Positions 1 through 7,604 of a stretch of 28,944 bases of DNA are shown here, piece by piece. Source of the DNA: a bacterium (GTDB taxonomy: Bacteria; JAJVIF01; JAPKYR01). The stretch spans positions 1 through 28,944 of the forward strand of contig DASWIV010000020.1 in assembly GCA_036397475.1 (NCBI GenBank), written 5' to 3'. Position numbers and translations under genes: made by a program. The first letter of the stretch is position 1. The number at the start of each line of letters is the position of its first letter. Below the pieces are notes generated by a model. The model was not told the origin of the DNA and ran no database searches. It was given only the letters and a program-made list of their open reading frames with translations.

Positions 1-98
1 GATTCCTTCCATACAAGCTCCATCCCCTCGGAAGATAAGATCTTCGAGAGCGCGTCAGCAAATTCACGGTCCTTATGTACAAGGATGATTTTTTTCAT
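1..98 (-). CDS. N-terminal fragment of a receiver-like protein; start codon at 96-98, runs off the window start
   Basis: Reverse complement of 1-98 translates MKKIILVHKDREFADALSKILSSEGMELVWKE with no stop before the window edge, and resembles the start of a degenerate CheY-like receiver. It is too short for the ORF track. It lies downstream of, and on the same strand as, the sigma-54 activator gene. Confidence 0.3.
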   Translation of the reverse strand, partial: MKKIILVHKDREFADALSKILSSEGMELVWKE

Positions 99-327
99 CT
101 ATCAGCCCACTCAGAACGAGGCATAGTCTGCTATCCCGCAGGTAACATGCATTTAGGGTTCCAAAAGTGGGCGGATGCCGGATGAATTTCCAACCGAAGT
201 AATTTAAATAATGATCGTTCTGAATGGCGCTTCAGTAAAGGGGTTCAGTGGTGGGTAAAATTTGTCCCGCGAAAATTAATGCCCGCGAATTAAAGTTAAG
301 GATTTTTGCCGGGACAGAATGTCCGGC

Positions 328-1686
328 TCAGGACATCATTCCCCAGCCGTCGAGTTTTCTCTTCAGCGTTTTCCTGGAGATTCCAAGCAAATCGGCGGCG
401 TTCTTTTTATGCTGACCGGTGAATATAAGAGTCTGGAGAATATGTTCCTTCTCAAGCTCTTCAAGCGGGATCGGGCGGAAATGCCCGTTGCTCGATCCGA
501 CCTTCGCCTTACGTCCGCCGCTTATTTCCTCCGGAAGATGTTTGACCTCGATGGTTTCGATATCTTCAAGTATAGCGATCCTCTCGATCACGTTGTCGAT
601 CTCCCTTACATTCCCGGGCCATTCATAGGCTTTCATCATCAGCGCTGCCTGCGGTGAGATCGCCTTTATATTCCTGTTGACCAGCTTGTTGTGGATTCCG
701 ATGAAGTATTTCGCGAGGAGTATGATATCGTCATCGCGGTCTCTCACGGGTGGAATATGTACAGGCACTACATTCAGCCTGAAAAAAAGATCTTCCCTGA
801 ATTTACCCTGCTCAATTAATTTTTTAAGGTCTTGGTGAGTGGCTGTAACTACCCGGACATCCACATCGATCTCGGATTCGCCGCCCAATCGCTCAATTTT
901 TCTGTCCTGCAGTACCCGAAGAATTTTCGCCTGGAGATGCTGAGGCATATCGCCGATCTCGTCGAGGAACAATGTCCCGTTATGCGCCCGCTCGATTTTT
1001 CCCTTCTTCTGTTTCTTGGCGTCAGTATACGCACCCGGCTCAACTCCGAACAGTTCGCTTTCGAGCAGTGCGTCGGGAATATTCGCGCAATTTACGGGAA
1101 TAAATTCATTTCCCGCACGTGGGGAGGCATGATGTATCGCTCGCGCGAAAACTTCCTTTCCCGTACCTGTTTCGCCGGTTAAGAGCACGGTCGCGTTAGT
1201 GGTGGCGACTTTACGTATCTGCGTTTTGACACGCCGCATCGCCGAACTTTCACCGACAATTGCGTCCAGTGAATGTTTTCCAGAGTCGGAAAGCTTGTGC
1301 TCGGCGGCTGTAATTCTCAGGTTGACAAGTTCGCTTGCCGTATGGAGCCTCTGGGCGAGGTCTGCCTGGTCCCATGGTTTCGTGATAAAGTGATAAGCGC
1401 CGTTACGCATGGCTTCGACAGCGAGATCGATAGTGCCATAGCCGGTCATCATTATAATTACCGGATCGCCATCGAGTTTCTGAATTTCATTCAGAACCTG
1501 CATTCCGTTCATTCCGGGGAGATTGTAATCCAGAAGAACGATATCCGGTTCCTTTTCAGCAAGCGCAATGGCGGAGTTGCCATCGGCGGCTTCCATGACC
1601 GAAAACCCTTCTTCCTGGAGCCATTCTCTCAGACCGTAACGGATGGTCTCTTCATCGTCAACTATTAATACAGACAGCGCCATCAA
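328..1686 (-). CDS. Sigma-54-dependent two-component response regulator (NtrC/enhancer-binding-protein family) with receiver, AAA+ sigma-54 interaction domain and C-terminal Fis-type HTH
   Basis: N-terminal receiver (LIVDDEETIRYGL...DIVLLDYNLPGMNG). Central AAA+ domain with Walker A GETGTGKE, the GAYTDA-type sigma-54 contact loop (ESELFGVEPGAYTDA) and the arginine finger region. C-terminal HTH (AADLLGISRKTLKRKL). Confidence 0.92.
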   Translation of the reverse strand: MMALSVLIVDDEETIRYGLREWLQEEGFSVMEAADGNSAIALAEKEPDIVLLDYNLPGMNGMQVLNEIQKLDGDPVIIMMTGYGTIDLAVEAMRNGAYHFITKPWDQADLAQRLHTASELVNLRITAAEHKLSDSGKHSLDAIVGESSAMRRVKTQIRKVATTNATVLLTGETGTGKEVFARAIHHASPRAGNEFIPVNCANIPDALLESELFGVEPGAYTDAKKQKKGKIERAHNGTLFLDEIGDMPQHLQAKILRVLQDRKIERLGGESEIDVDVRVVTATHQDLKKLIEQGKFREDLFFRLNVVPVHIPPVRDRDDDIILLAKYFIGIHNKLVNRNIKAISPQAALMMKAYEWPGNVREIDNVIERIAILEDIETIEVKHLPEEISGGRKAKVGSSNGHFRPIPLEELEKEHILQTLIFTGQHKKNAADLLGISRKTLKRKLDGWGMMS

Positions 1687-1748
1687 CCCTCTCCATTTTA
1701 ATGGTAATGTGCTTATTTAATATCGTGTTGAATTAGCCTTGATTACCA

Positions 1749-1775
1749 TAAGCGGGAACAATTGACTCCCGATAA
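1749..1775 (+). promoter_or_regulatory. Candidate sigma-28 (FliA)-like promoter: TAAG-N15-CCCGATAA
   Basis: TAAG at 1749-1752 and CCCGATAA at 1768-1775 with a 15 nt spacer, compared with the enteric and Bacillus consensus TAAA-N15-GCCGATAA/T. It lies 113 nt upstream of the ATG at 1889. Confidence 0.25.
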
Positions 1776-1888
1776 GGCGATATGTCTTAACCTCATTTAA
1801 TAGGCGTTAAAGAGATTTGATTTTTTTATGCACCCTGAAATCCAAAACGTCCCGGACAGCAGGATACTAATTTGAATTAAATCCGATA

Positions 1889-2740
1889 GTGCGGAGCGGA
1901 TTCACCATGCCGATAAACAGCATATCCAGCCTGTTATCATATATTAGTTCGAACCAGGCAGTTCCATCGAACACCGCCTCCGATTCTGCCTTAATTGAAT
2001 CCATCAGGGAACAGACCCGATTGTCAGACACCGGCGATGTCCTAAGCCTCAGGCTGAGTAACCTGCGGAGCCGGTTTCGCGATCTTTACGAGTCGAAAAT
2101 CGATGTCGAGACACTGCAGGCGAAAAAAACCATTAACCAGATTGTTTCCGGCGCGATCAGTTACATTGAATCAGAGGCCGGTAAGATAAAGTCGCTTATC
2201 AATGAAGTCAATTCAGGCGATTTTACGGACAGCCAGGTAGCCGATGCCCAGTTGCAGATAGAATCCAGGCTCGCACTTATAGATCTCAAGGCGTCAGAAA
2301 CAAACTTCAATTCCGAGCCCCTGCTAACTGGTGAGCCGGTCAAGATAACCCTCGAGCCCCAATCCGGAGAGGGATTCTCCGTGGAATTTTCCGATATCTC
2401 AGCTTCCGGACTTGAGCTGGCTGCCATTGATATTTCAACCGATGAGTCCAGGGCTTCTGCACTCGAATCGATCAACACGGCCCTCTCCATAACCGCCACC
2501 GTCTCAGAATCTATCGACCTGTCAAACTCCGTACTCGGCAAAGCCACTACTGAGTCCATTTCAGGATTCGAGGATTCTTTTAAATCTTTAAGCGAGACCG
2601 GAGCTCTGAATACGTCGGGGGACCCTAACAAAATCAGGATCGACCCCGGCAAACTCTCTTCCGGTTTCGGCAACCTGAATTCATCGGGAATGGGATTGGA
2701 CCTTACCAGCGAATTAGTCTCAACCCTTCTCAAAGGATGA
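1889..2740 (+). CDS. Ser/Thr-rich secreted-type protein with flagellin-like N- and C-terminal helices (possible divergent flagellin or hook-associated family); function uncertain
   Basis: 283 aa with no Cys or Trp and rich in S/T/L/I/E/N, a flagellin-like composition. The N-terminus MPINSISSLL resembles the flagellin start M..INTNSLSLL. An internal block QLQIESRLALIDLKASETNFNSEPLLTGE resembles the flagellin D1 motif (Q.EI..RL.EID..A..T.FNG..LL.G). The C-terminus ...LVSTLLKG resembles flagellin ...VLSLLR/G. There is a GGAG Shine-Dalgarno upstream. The canonical LSSGLRINSAKDDAAG motif is not present. Confidence 0.45.
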   Translation: MRSGFTMPINSISSLLSYISSNQAVPSNTASDSALIESIREQTRLSDTGDVLSLRLSNLRSRFRDLYESKIDVETLQAKKTINQIVSGAISYIESEAGKIKSLINEVNSGDFTDSQVADAQLQIESRLALIDLKASETNFNSEPLLTGEPVKITLEPQSGEGFSVEFSDISASGLELAAIDISTDESRASALESINTALSITATVSESIDLSNSVLGKATTESISGFEDSFKSLSETGALNTSGDPNKIRIDPGKLSSGFGNLNSSGMGLDLTSELVSTLLKG

Positions 2741-2837
2741 AAGTTTCCCTGTTCTGTTAATATGAAAGGAACCCCTGTTTCTACGACATGAACCGTCTAT
2801 GTGGTAAATTAGTCATATACGGAGGGGGCAAATTTGT

Positions 2838-4034
2838 ATGCCTTCTTTATGGAGGGTTTTTAATATGAAATTCCCAATCACATACTTTTCTCTAATATTG
2901 CTTGCCGCATTGATTTTTATCCCGGCGTCGAGTGTCCGTGCCGAGATCATGAACGATACGGAGTACGGTTCTCTCGAGATAATAGACATTTCCGTCATCG
3001 AGAACGCCGCTGACCGGTTCACGCCGGTCGGACTGTCATTCAACGTGACCCGTGGCGGAACGGTGTATCATGGCGATCAGGTTATCATCAAGTACAGGGG
3101 TATCCATGAGCGATGGGTCACTATTCTCGATTACACTCCCGACAGGATCGTCAAGCCATTGGTCTTCAATGAAAAGACCTCATTACTCGATGGGCTCGAC
3201 CGCGAATACACCGCCGAGGTTGGAGGGGCAACCGGCGACGAATATATTCTGATGATCGTGAGCACCCTGCCGATCACCGACAGCCAGCTCGAAACGTACG
3301 CGCTTGCGCCCGATGAGATCGAACCGGGAGAAAATATATTGCTGGTTGCAGTGAATAATTTCAGGGTCGCGCCACGATGGAATACCGGCGACTCCGTTGT
3401 CGAATGGGGCAACAGCCTGAGAAGCGACTATTCAGACATCGGGTGGATCCCGCTTGAGGAATTCGCGACCTATATCAATTATCCCCTGAACCAGCCGCGC
3501 TATAATCCGTGGCGGTATATGTACCTCTATCCTTATCCACGAATTCGGCCGACCACTTACATTAACAATTTCGGCCCATTAACAAATACCTGGTACGTGA
3601 TCCCGCAGGGGAACACGATACAGAGCAATTTCTGGAATTATTCCAATACAGGATGGATCGATAACGGAATCTGGGTAATTCCTCCGGGAGGATCGTGGGA
3701 AGGCAAGTTCCGGCTGAACGACCCCTACGCGGATTATTACCTTCGAGTATTACCTTTTATCGCGCGCAATTCATCCATGGCGAATTACCGGGTTGAGATC
3801 AACGGCACACTGGTCCAGCCATCGATCGACATCACCGGCGCAATCGGTTGGGGCGAGTACTGGACCACAAATCCGTTTAACTATTACAGCATGCAGAATT
3901 TCCTCAGGGCAGGCGAGAATGACATCCGCATCTATGTCCCCGAAGATGCGTCGGACGACCTGTACATTCAGTTGGCCGATGTTGTCCCGACGGAAACGGT
4001 TCAGGATGAACTGGACGCTGTCGAAACGGAATAA
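2838..4034 (+). CDS. Secreted hypothetical protein rich in Trp/Tyr/Asn, with an N-terminal signal peptide
   Basis: Long ORF preceded by a GGAGGGGG Shine-Dalgarno. A cleavable signal peptide MKFPITYFSLILLAALIFIPASSVRA is present, and the real start may be the internal Met at 2865. The mature protein is rich in W/Y/N/P (NYPLNQPRYNPWRYMYLYPYP...). I recognise no family. Confidence 0.6.
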   Translation: MPSLWRVFNMKFPITYFSLILLAALIFIPASSVRAEIMNDTEYGSLEIIDISVIENAADRFTPVGLSFNVTRGGTVYHGDQVIIKYRGIHERWVTILDYTPDRIVKPLVFNEKTSLLDGLDREYTAEVGGATGDEYILMIVSTLPITDSQLETYALAPDEIEPGENILLVAVNNFRVAPRWNTGDSVVEWGNSLRSDYSDIGWIPLEEFATYINYPLNQPRYNPWRYMYLYPYPRIRPTTYINNFGPLTNTWYVIPQGNTIQSNFWNYSNTGWIDNGIWVIPPGGSWEGKFRLNDPYADYYLRVLPFIARNSSMANYRVEINGTLVQPSIDITGAIGWGEYWTTNPFNYYSMQNFLRAGENDIRIYVPEDASDDLYIQLADVVPTETVQDELDAVETE

Positions 4035-4063
4035 GTTAGAGGAAAAAACAGGATAAGAAATTT

Positions 4064-4096
4064 GCGCCGCGCTTTTCTTGCGCGGCTTTTCTATTT
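4064..4096. terminator. Bidirectional rho-independent terminator between convergent genes
   Basis: GC stem GCCGCGC (4066-4072) and GCGCGGC (4080-4086) with loop TTTTCTT, followed by TTTTCTATTT on the plus strand and preceded by an A-rich tract (T-rich on the minus strand). It sits between the stop of the secreted-protein gene (4034) and the stop of the minus-strand receiver gene (4091). Confidence 0.65.
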
Positions 4097-4468
4097 GAGG
4101 ATATTTTCAATCGTTTCCTGCAGGACGGATTTATTGAAGGGCTTTGTGATGTAACCTATCGCCCCAGCCTCGATGGCTTTTTCAATAGCCGATGGTTCAG
4201 CCTTCCCGGAAATAATTACAAGAGGTATCCCCCTGGTCGATTCATCGTTTTTGAATTTCGAGACCAGGGAGACTCCCGATTCCGAAAGTGCCCAGTCGAG
4301 TAGAATCAGGTCAGCTGTATTTTCCTGAAAATAGGCGAATGCCCCGGCTGAATCCGGAAATTTATGCACCGTGAATTTTGACAGCATAAGTTCGATAATA
4401 TCCAGCGAGAACGGATCAGCGTCGATAGCTGCAATTACACGGTTACCATCAGTAGATTGTTTTGCCAT
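4091..4468 (-). CDS. Single-domain CheY-like response regulator receiver protein
   Basis: 125 aa. It has the phosphoacceptor context LILLDW...SG, a conserved Lys in YITKPF, and S in place of T87. The N-terminal acidic pocket reads IDAD instead of the usual DD. No output domain, and no kinase gene lies adjacent. Confidence 0.85.
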   Translation of the reverse strand: MAKQSTDGNRVIAAIDADPFSLDIIELMLSKFTVHKFPDSAGAFAYFQENTADLILLDWALSESGVSLVSKFKNDESTRGIPLVIISGKAEPSAIEKAIEAGAIGYITKPFNKSVLQETIENILK

Positions 4469-4666
4469 GTACTACACCAAACAGGATTAGAGGGCTGGCG
4501 ATACCTTGTCCAGTGCTTAATCCAGCAAATTATTTCCTGCAGCATGCATATAAGTGAATACTCAATGAAATTACTTTAAAATTTAAGTATTCACAATTAA
4601 TCCATCAATCATATATATCCAGCCAGTCTGGGTCAAGAATTTTCCAACAGCAAAAAAAAATATTTT

Positions 4667-5902
4667 TTATTTAACCGCGAGCCAGCCGGCGGCTTCCTCC
4701 GAGTATCCCGCCGTATTGCTTACGTTAACGGAATTTGTGCCATCCGTGTTCATGACATAAAGATCCGTGAAGTCGAAAACCGGATCTTTCCTGAAATAAA
4801 ATATCAGGCTCCCGTCGTACGATACGGGGGGCACATTCGACGGCGGCCTCTGCCACGAGGTCCGCAGGCCTTCCGGCGTAAGAAATTCCTGGTTGGTGCC
4901 GTCGAGATCACATTTCATTATCCTGCCTACCGGCGTTTCCTCATTTTCAGAAGCTACCTGCCGCCGCAGCAGCAATTTATCGACACCATCGGAATCCATG
5001 AATATCTGGTATACGTAACTGACCGACCCCTCCTCCATTGCAAGCTCGGTTTCAGTTCCGAATGCAATATCGACCGACAGGATATTCCTCGACCTCATTC
5101 CGCTCAGCGCGGAAGCGGAGGGATCGTACGGCTTTGTGTCCGTGAAAATGGTCCGGAAATTTCTATCTATAAATGCCGGTCCAAGTTTTGTTATCGATTC
5201 ATACGTATGAAGCGTCTCCGTTTCGCCGGTGTCCGAATCGATTGAAACGTGGCTGTAGTTGTTAACTCCTTCCGGCGACCTTTGAACGACACATATCCTG
5301 CCTGTTCCCGGAATCACCGTTATGGGAACCTCCTCGACAGGCTGGGTGTACAGCCCACGGATAGTCAGAGTTGCGACATCGCACTCGAATACATGGAACT
5401 GGCCCGTGTCTCTTGAGATCTTCGATAAAAAGAAGACCTTTGAGCCGTCAGGGGAAAAAATTGGTGTGGTAGAGAGATTCCTCGAATTTTGTCCCTGGCT
5501 CGATACATCCTGCATACGTCCGGTCTCAAGATTGAATATCCATAGATGCTTTTCGTCGTATCCTGCGGTGATCTGGACCGAAGCCACAAACGCGATATGT
5601 GTTCCGGCGGGCGACGGGACAATGTGATAAATGAACTGAGGGTGATTGAACAATAGTTCGCGGCGCTCGCCATCGGGGCTTGCGATTAAAACGTGTCCGG
5701 TATTCGAATTATTTGTGAGTCCGCGCTGGTATTCATTAACCATGTATACAAGGTACAGTCCGGAGGTATCCTTGAGTGAGGTTGCCTGAACTCCATGCTC
5801 CCGGGGGTGCTCTTCCGACAATTTATTCGGGCAGGCGGACGCGGATGCCATAGCCAGCAGTACGAAAATGACCTGCACGATTTTTTTGATAATGAACCGC
5901 AC
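4667..5902 (-). CDS. Secreted beta-propeller protein with TolB/PD40-like repeats
   Basis: N-terminal signal peptide (MRFIIKKIVQVIFVLLAMASASAC). Repeated PD40-like motifs occur: IASPDGERRELLF, PIFSPDGSKVFFLSK, SYDGSLIFYF and YVMNTDGTN. Confidence 0.55.
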   Translation of the reverse strand: MRFIIKKIVQVIFVLLAMASASACPNKLSEEHPREHGVQATSLKDTSGLYLVYMVNEYQRGLTNNSNTGHVLIASPDGERRELLFNHPQFIYHIVPSPAGTHIAFVASVQITAGYDEKHLWIFNLETGRMQDVSSQGQNSRNLSTTPIFSPDGSKVFFLSKISRDTGQFHVFECDVATLTIRGLYTQPVEEVPITVIPGTGRICVVQRSPEGVNNYSHVSIDSDTGETETLHTYESITKLGPAFIDRNFRTIFTDTKPYDPSASALSGMRSRNILSVDIAFGTETELAMEEGSVSYVYQIFMDSDGVDKLLLRRQVASENEETPVGRIMKCDLDGTNQEFLTPEGLRTSWQRPPSNVPPVSYDGSLIFYFRKDPVFDFTDLYVMNTDGTNSVNVSNTAGYSEEAAGWLAVK

Positions 5903-5964
5903 TCAAATTTCCCCTGAATCGAATATTTCCTGCACGGATATTATAAGGCGTAGGGGCTGGAAAA

Positions 5965-6795
5965 TCATATGGACATTTTTTCAGCAGCGGCAATAGCGTT
6001 ATCTAAAAAGCCGGAGACCGATCCGGGATTCCCTTCCGGTTTATTTTTCCAGTAACCGAAAAATTCCACATTTCCCTTCCCCCCTGTAATCGGGCTTATA
6101 CAGATTCCATGAAGGGACGGCGGTTTATCCAGATCATCCCCGAACGGCTTTTCCTCATCGGCGAATGACATCAGGACTTTGCGCCAGACATCCTTATCCT
6201 TTACGAATCCCTTTTCCACATACTCTTTCCCCGCTTCGAACTGCGGCTTTATCAACGCGATGATTTCCCCATTCTCTTTCATCCGCTGCGGAATTTTCGG
6301 AAATATCAGCCTGAGAGAAATAAAGCTGACATCCATAACTGTCAGATCATAAGGTCCCGGCGCGATATCATCGTCCATCAATCTCGCGTTGACCGATTCG
6401 ATCAGGTCCACCCTGTCGTTTGTCCGCAGTTTCCAGTCTATCAATCCCTTGCCTACATCCAGCGACGTCACCGTCTTCGCCTGCCTCTGGAGAAGACAGT
6501 CAGTAAATCCGCCGGTCGATGCCCCGACATCCAGGCATTTATAACCCATGGGATTTACGCCAAAAAAATTTAGAGCGCCATCCAGTTTTGTCCCTCCACG
6601 GGAAACATAGGGACACCCATCGCCGATAATTTCGATCCTGGCTTCCCGGACAACCGGGTCGCCCGGTTTGAGATCTTTCTTTCCGTCGACCAGGACTTCG
6701 CCGGCCATAAGCGCTGCCTGTGCGCGGGCACGTGACGGGAAATATCCTTTTTCGGTGAGGAGAATATCGAGGCGGATTTTTTTACCTTGAGCCAC
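5965..6795 (-). CDS. tlyA: TlyA-family rRNA 2'-O-methyltransferase (hemolysin A-like): S4 RNA-binding domain plus FtsJ-like methyltransferase
   Basis: S4 domain (RLDILLTEKGYFPSRARAQAALMAGEVLVDG) and SAM-methyltransferase motif I (CLDVGASTGGFTDCLL). The gene lies next to xseAB/folD as in many bacteria. Confidence 0.9.
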   Translation of the reverse strand: MAQGKKIRLDILLTEKGYFPSRARAQAALMAGEVLVDGKKDLKPGDPVVREARIEIIGDGCPYVSRGGTKLDGALNFFGVNPMGYKCLDVGASTGGFTDCLLQRQAKTVTSLDVGKGLIDWKLRTNDRVDLIESVNARLMDDDIAPGPYDLTVMDVSFISLRLIFPKIPQRMKENGEIIALIKPQFEAGKEYVEKGFVKDKDVWRKVLMSFADEEKPFGDDLDKPPSLHGICISPITGGKGNVEFFGYWKNKPEGNPGSVSGFLDNAIAAAEKMSI

Positions 6796-6797
6796 TA

Positions 6798-7313
6798 TCA
6801 GGTACCGTGGAACACCGCAGGGAAATTATCCCAGTTGAAATTGACCATGATGGCTACAATGATCCCGAGAATAACCCCAACCGCAACCTCCATCGGATTA
6901 TGCCCGAGCAGTGTCTGGAGCTCTCCAAGGTTCCATTTTTTGAACAGGTCTTTCGGTGTTTCCTTGAAGATAGCCGCGGATGAAAGGTCCTTAATGAGGC
7001 TGTTAATAGCGCGTGCCTGCTCGCCCGCATGTCGCCGTATTCCGGTAGCGTCGTAAGCGACAATAACCGCCAGCGCCGCTCCAAGCGCAAACAACGAACT
7101 GTGGAATCCTTCCACCAGCCCGATACTCGCCACGCACCCAACAACCGGTGTCGTGTGTGTCGACGGCATTCCTCCGGCACCAAGCAGGCGTTCCCAGTCC
7201 ATTTTTCCCGATGTAACCCAGACAATTATAAATTTCGCAAGCGCCGCTACTCCCCAGCTTATCGCTGCGGTAATGATCGGTTGGTTCTGGAGTAACTGCT
7301 TTAATGAATCCAT
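6798..7313 (-). CDS. DUF212 / YuiD-like membrane protein (divergent PAP2, acid-phosphatase/haloperoxidase-related)
   Basis: 171 aa membrane protein with the GGMPSTHT motif and overall similarity to B. subtilis YuiD-type proteins. Its stop is 2 nt from the tlyA start. Confidence 0.75.
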   Translation of the reverse strand: MDSLKQLLQNQPIITAAISWGVAALAKFIIVWVTSGKMDWERLLGAGGMPSTHTTPVVGCVASIGLVEGFHSSLFALGAALAVIVAYDATGIRRHAGEQARAINSLIKDLSSAAIFKETPKDLFKKWNLGELQTLLGHNPMEVAVGVILGIIVAIMVNFNWDNFPAVFHGT

Positions 7314-7330
7314 GGGTTTGAATTACAATG

Positions 7331-7597
7331 TCAGTCATCGAGCGGCTCGAGTACAATCTCGCCCTCTTTTTCGATCAATACCCTGATGCGCTCTTCAGCA
7401 TCGCTCAGCAGGTTCGCGCAATGGCGGGCAAGCGCTGACGCGCGCGAATACTCTTTTAACATTGACTCGAGGTCCACTTCCTCATTTTCAAGTTTTTCGG
7501 TTACGGACCTCAATTGCGCGTACGCGTCTTCGTAACTTAATTTCGCGATTTCAGCGGGTATTTCTTCCATTTTATCCTTTTTATCTTTTTTAGCCAT
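7331..7597 (-). CDS. xseB: Exodeoxyribonuclease VII small subunit
   Basis: MAKKDKK...LSYEDAYAQLRSVTEKLENEEVDLESMLKEYSRASALARHCANLLSDAEERI is a typical XseB helical hairpin. I chose the start at 7597 because it has a GGGGAG Shine-Dalgarno. The track ORF extends to 7618, which would overlap xseA. Confidence 0.85.
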   Translation of the reverse strand: MAKKDKKDKMEEIPAEIAKLSYEDAYAQLRSVTEKLENEEVDLESMLKEYSRASALARHCANLLSDAEERIRVLIEKEGEIVLEPLDD

Positions 7598-7604
7598 ATT
7601 TAAT

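Noticed and set aside
309-328. Hairpin GCCGGGACA-gaa-TGTCCGGC at the stop of the sigma-54 activator gene, as a terminator
   Set aside because: On the minus strand, the gene's strand, it is not followed by a T-tract. It may only be a weak structure between two co-directional genes.
832-1668. Plus-strand ORFs (832-1182, 1273-1668, 1199-1393) and a minus-strand ORF (849-1043) overlapping the sigma-54 activator gene
   Set aside because: The minus-strand 452 aa ORF has complete receiver, AAA+ and HTH domains. The others are overlapping frames without start-site support.
1687-1888. Sigma-54 (-24/-12, TGGCAC-N5-TTGC) promoter upstream of the flagellin-like gene
   Set aside because: The closest candidates (around ATGCACcctgaAATCC) lack the invariant GG/GC spacing. 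Only a sigma-28-like element is reasonably matched.
2161-2733. 190 aa minus-strand ORF fully inside the flagellin-like gene
   Set aside because: It is antisense to a gene with good start-site context and a coherent composition. The Ser/Thr-rich codon bias of the sense gene generates an open antisense frame.
6854-7386. Several 77-123 aa ORFs on both strands overlapping the DUF212 and xseB genes
   Set aside because: The DUF212 and XseB frames have clear family signatures. The alternative frames are Arg/Cys-rich, which is typical of out-of-frame translation.
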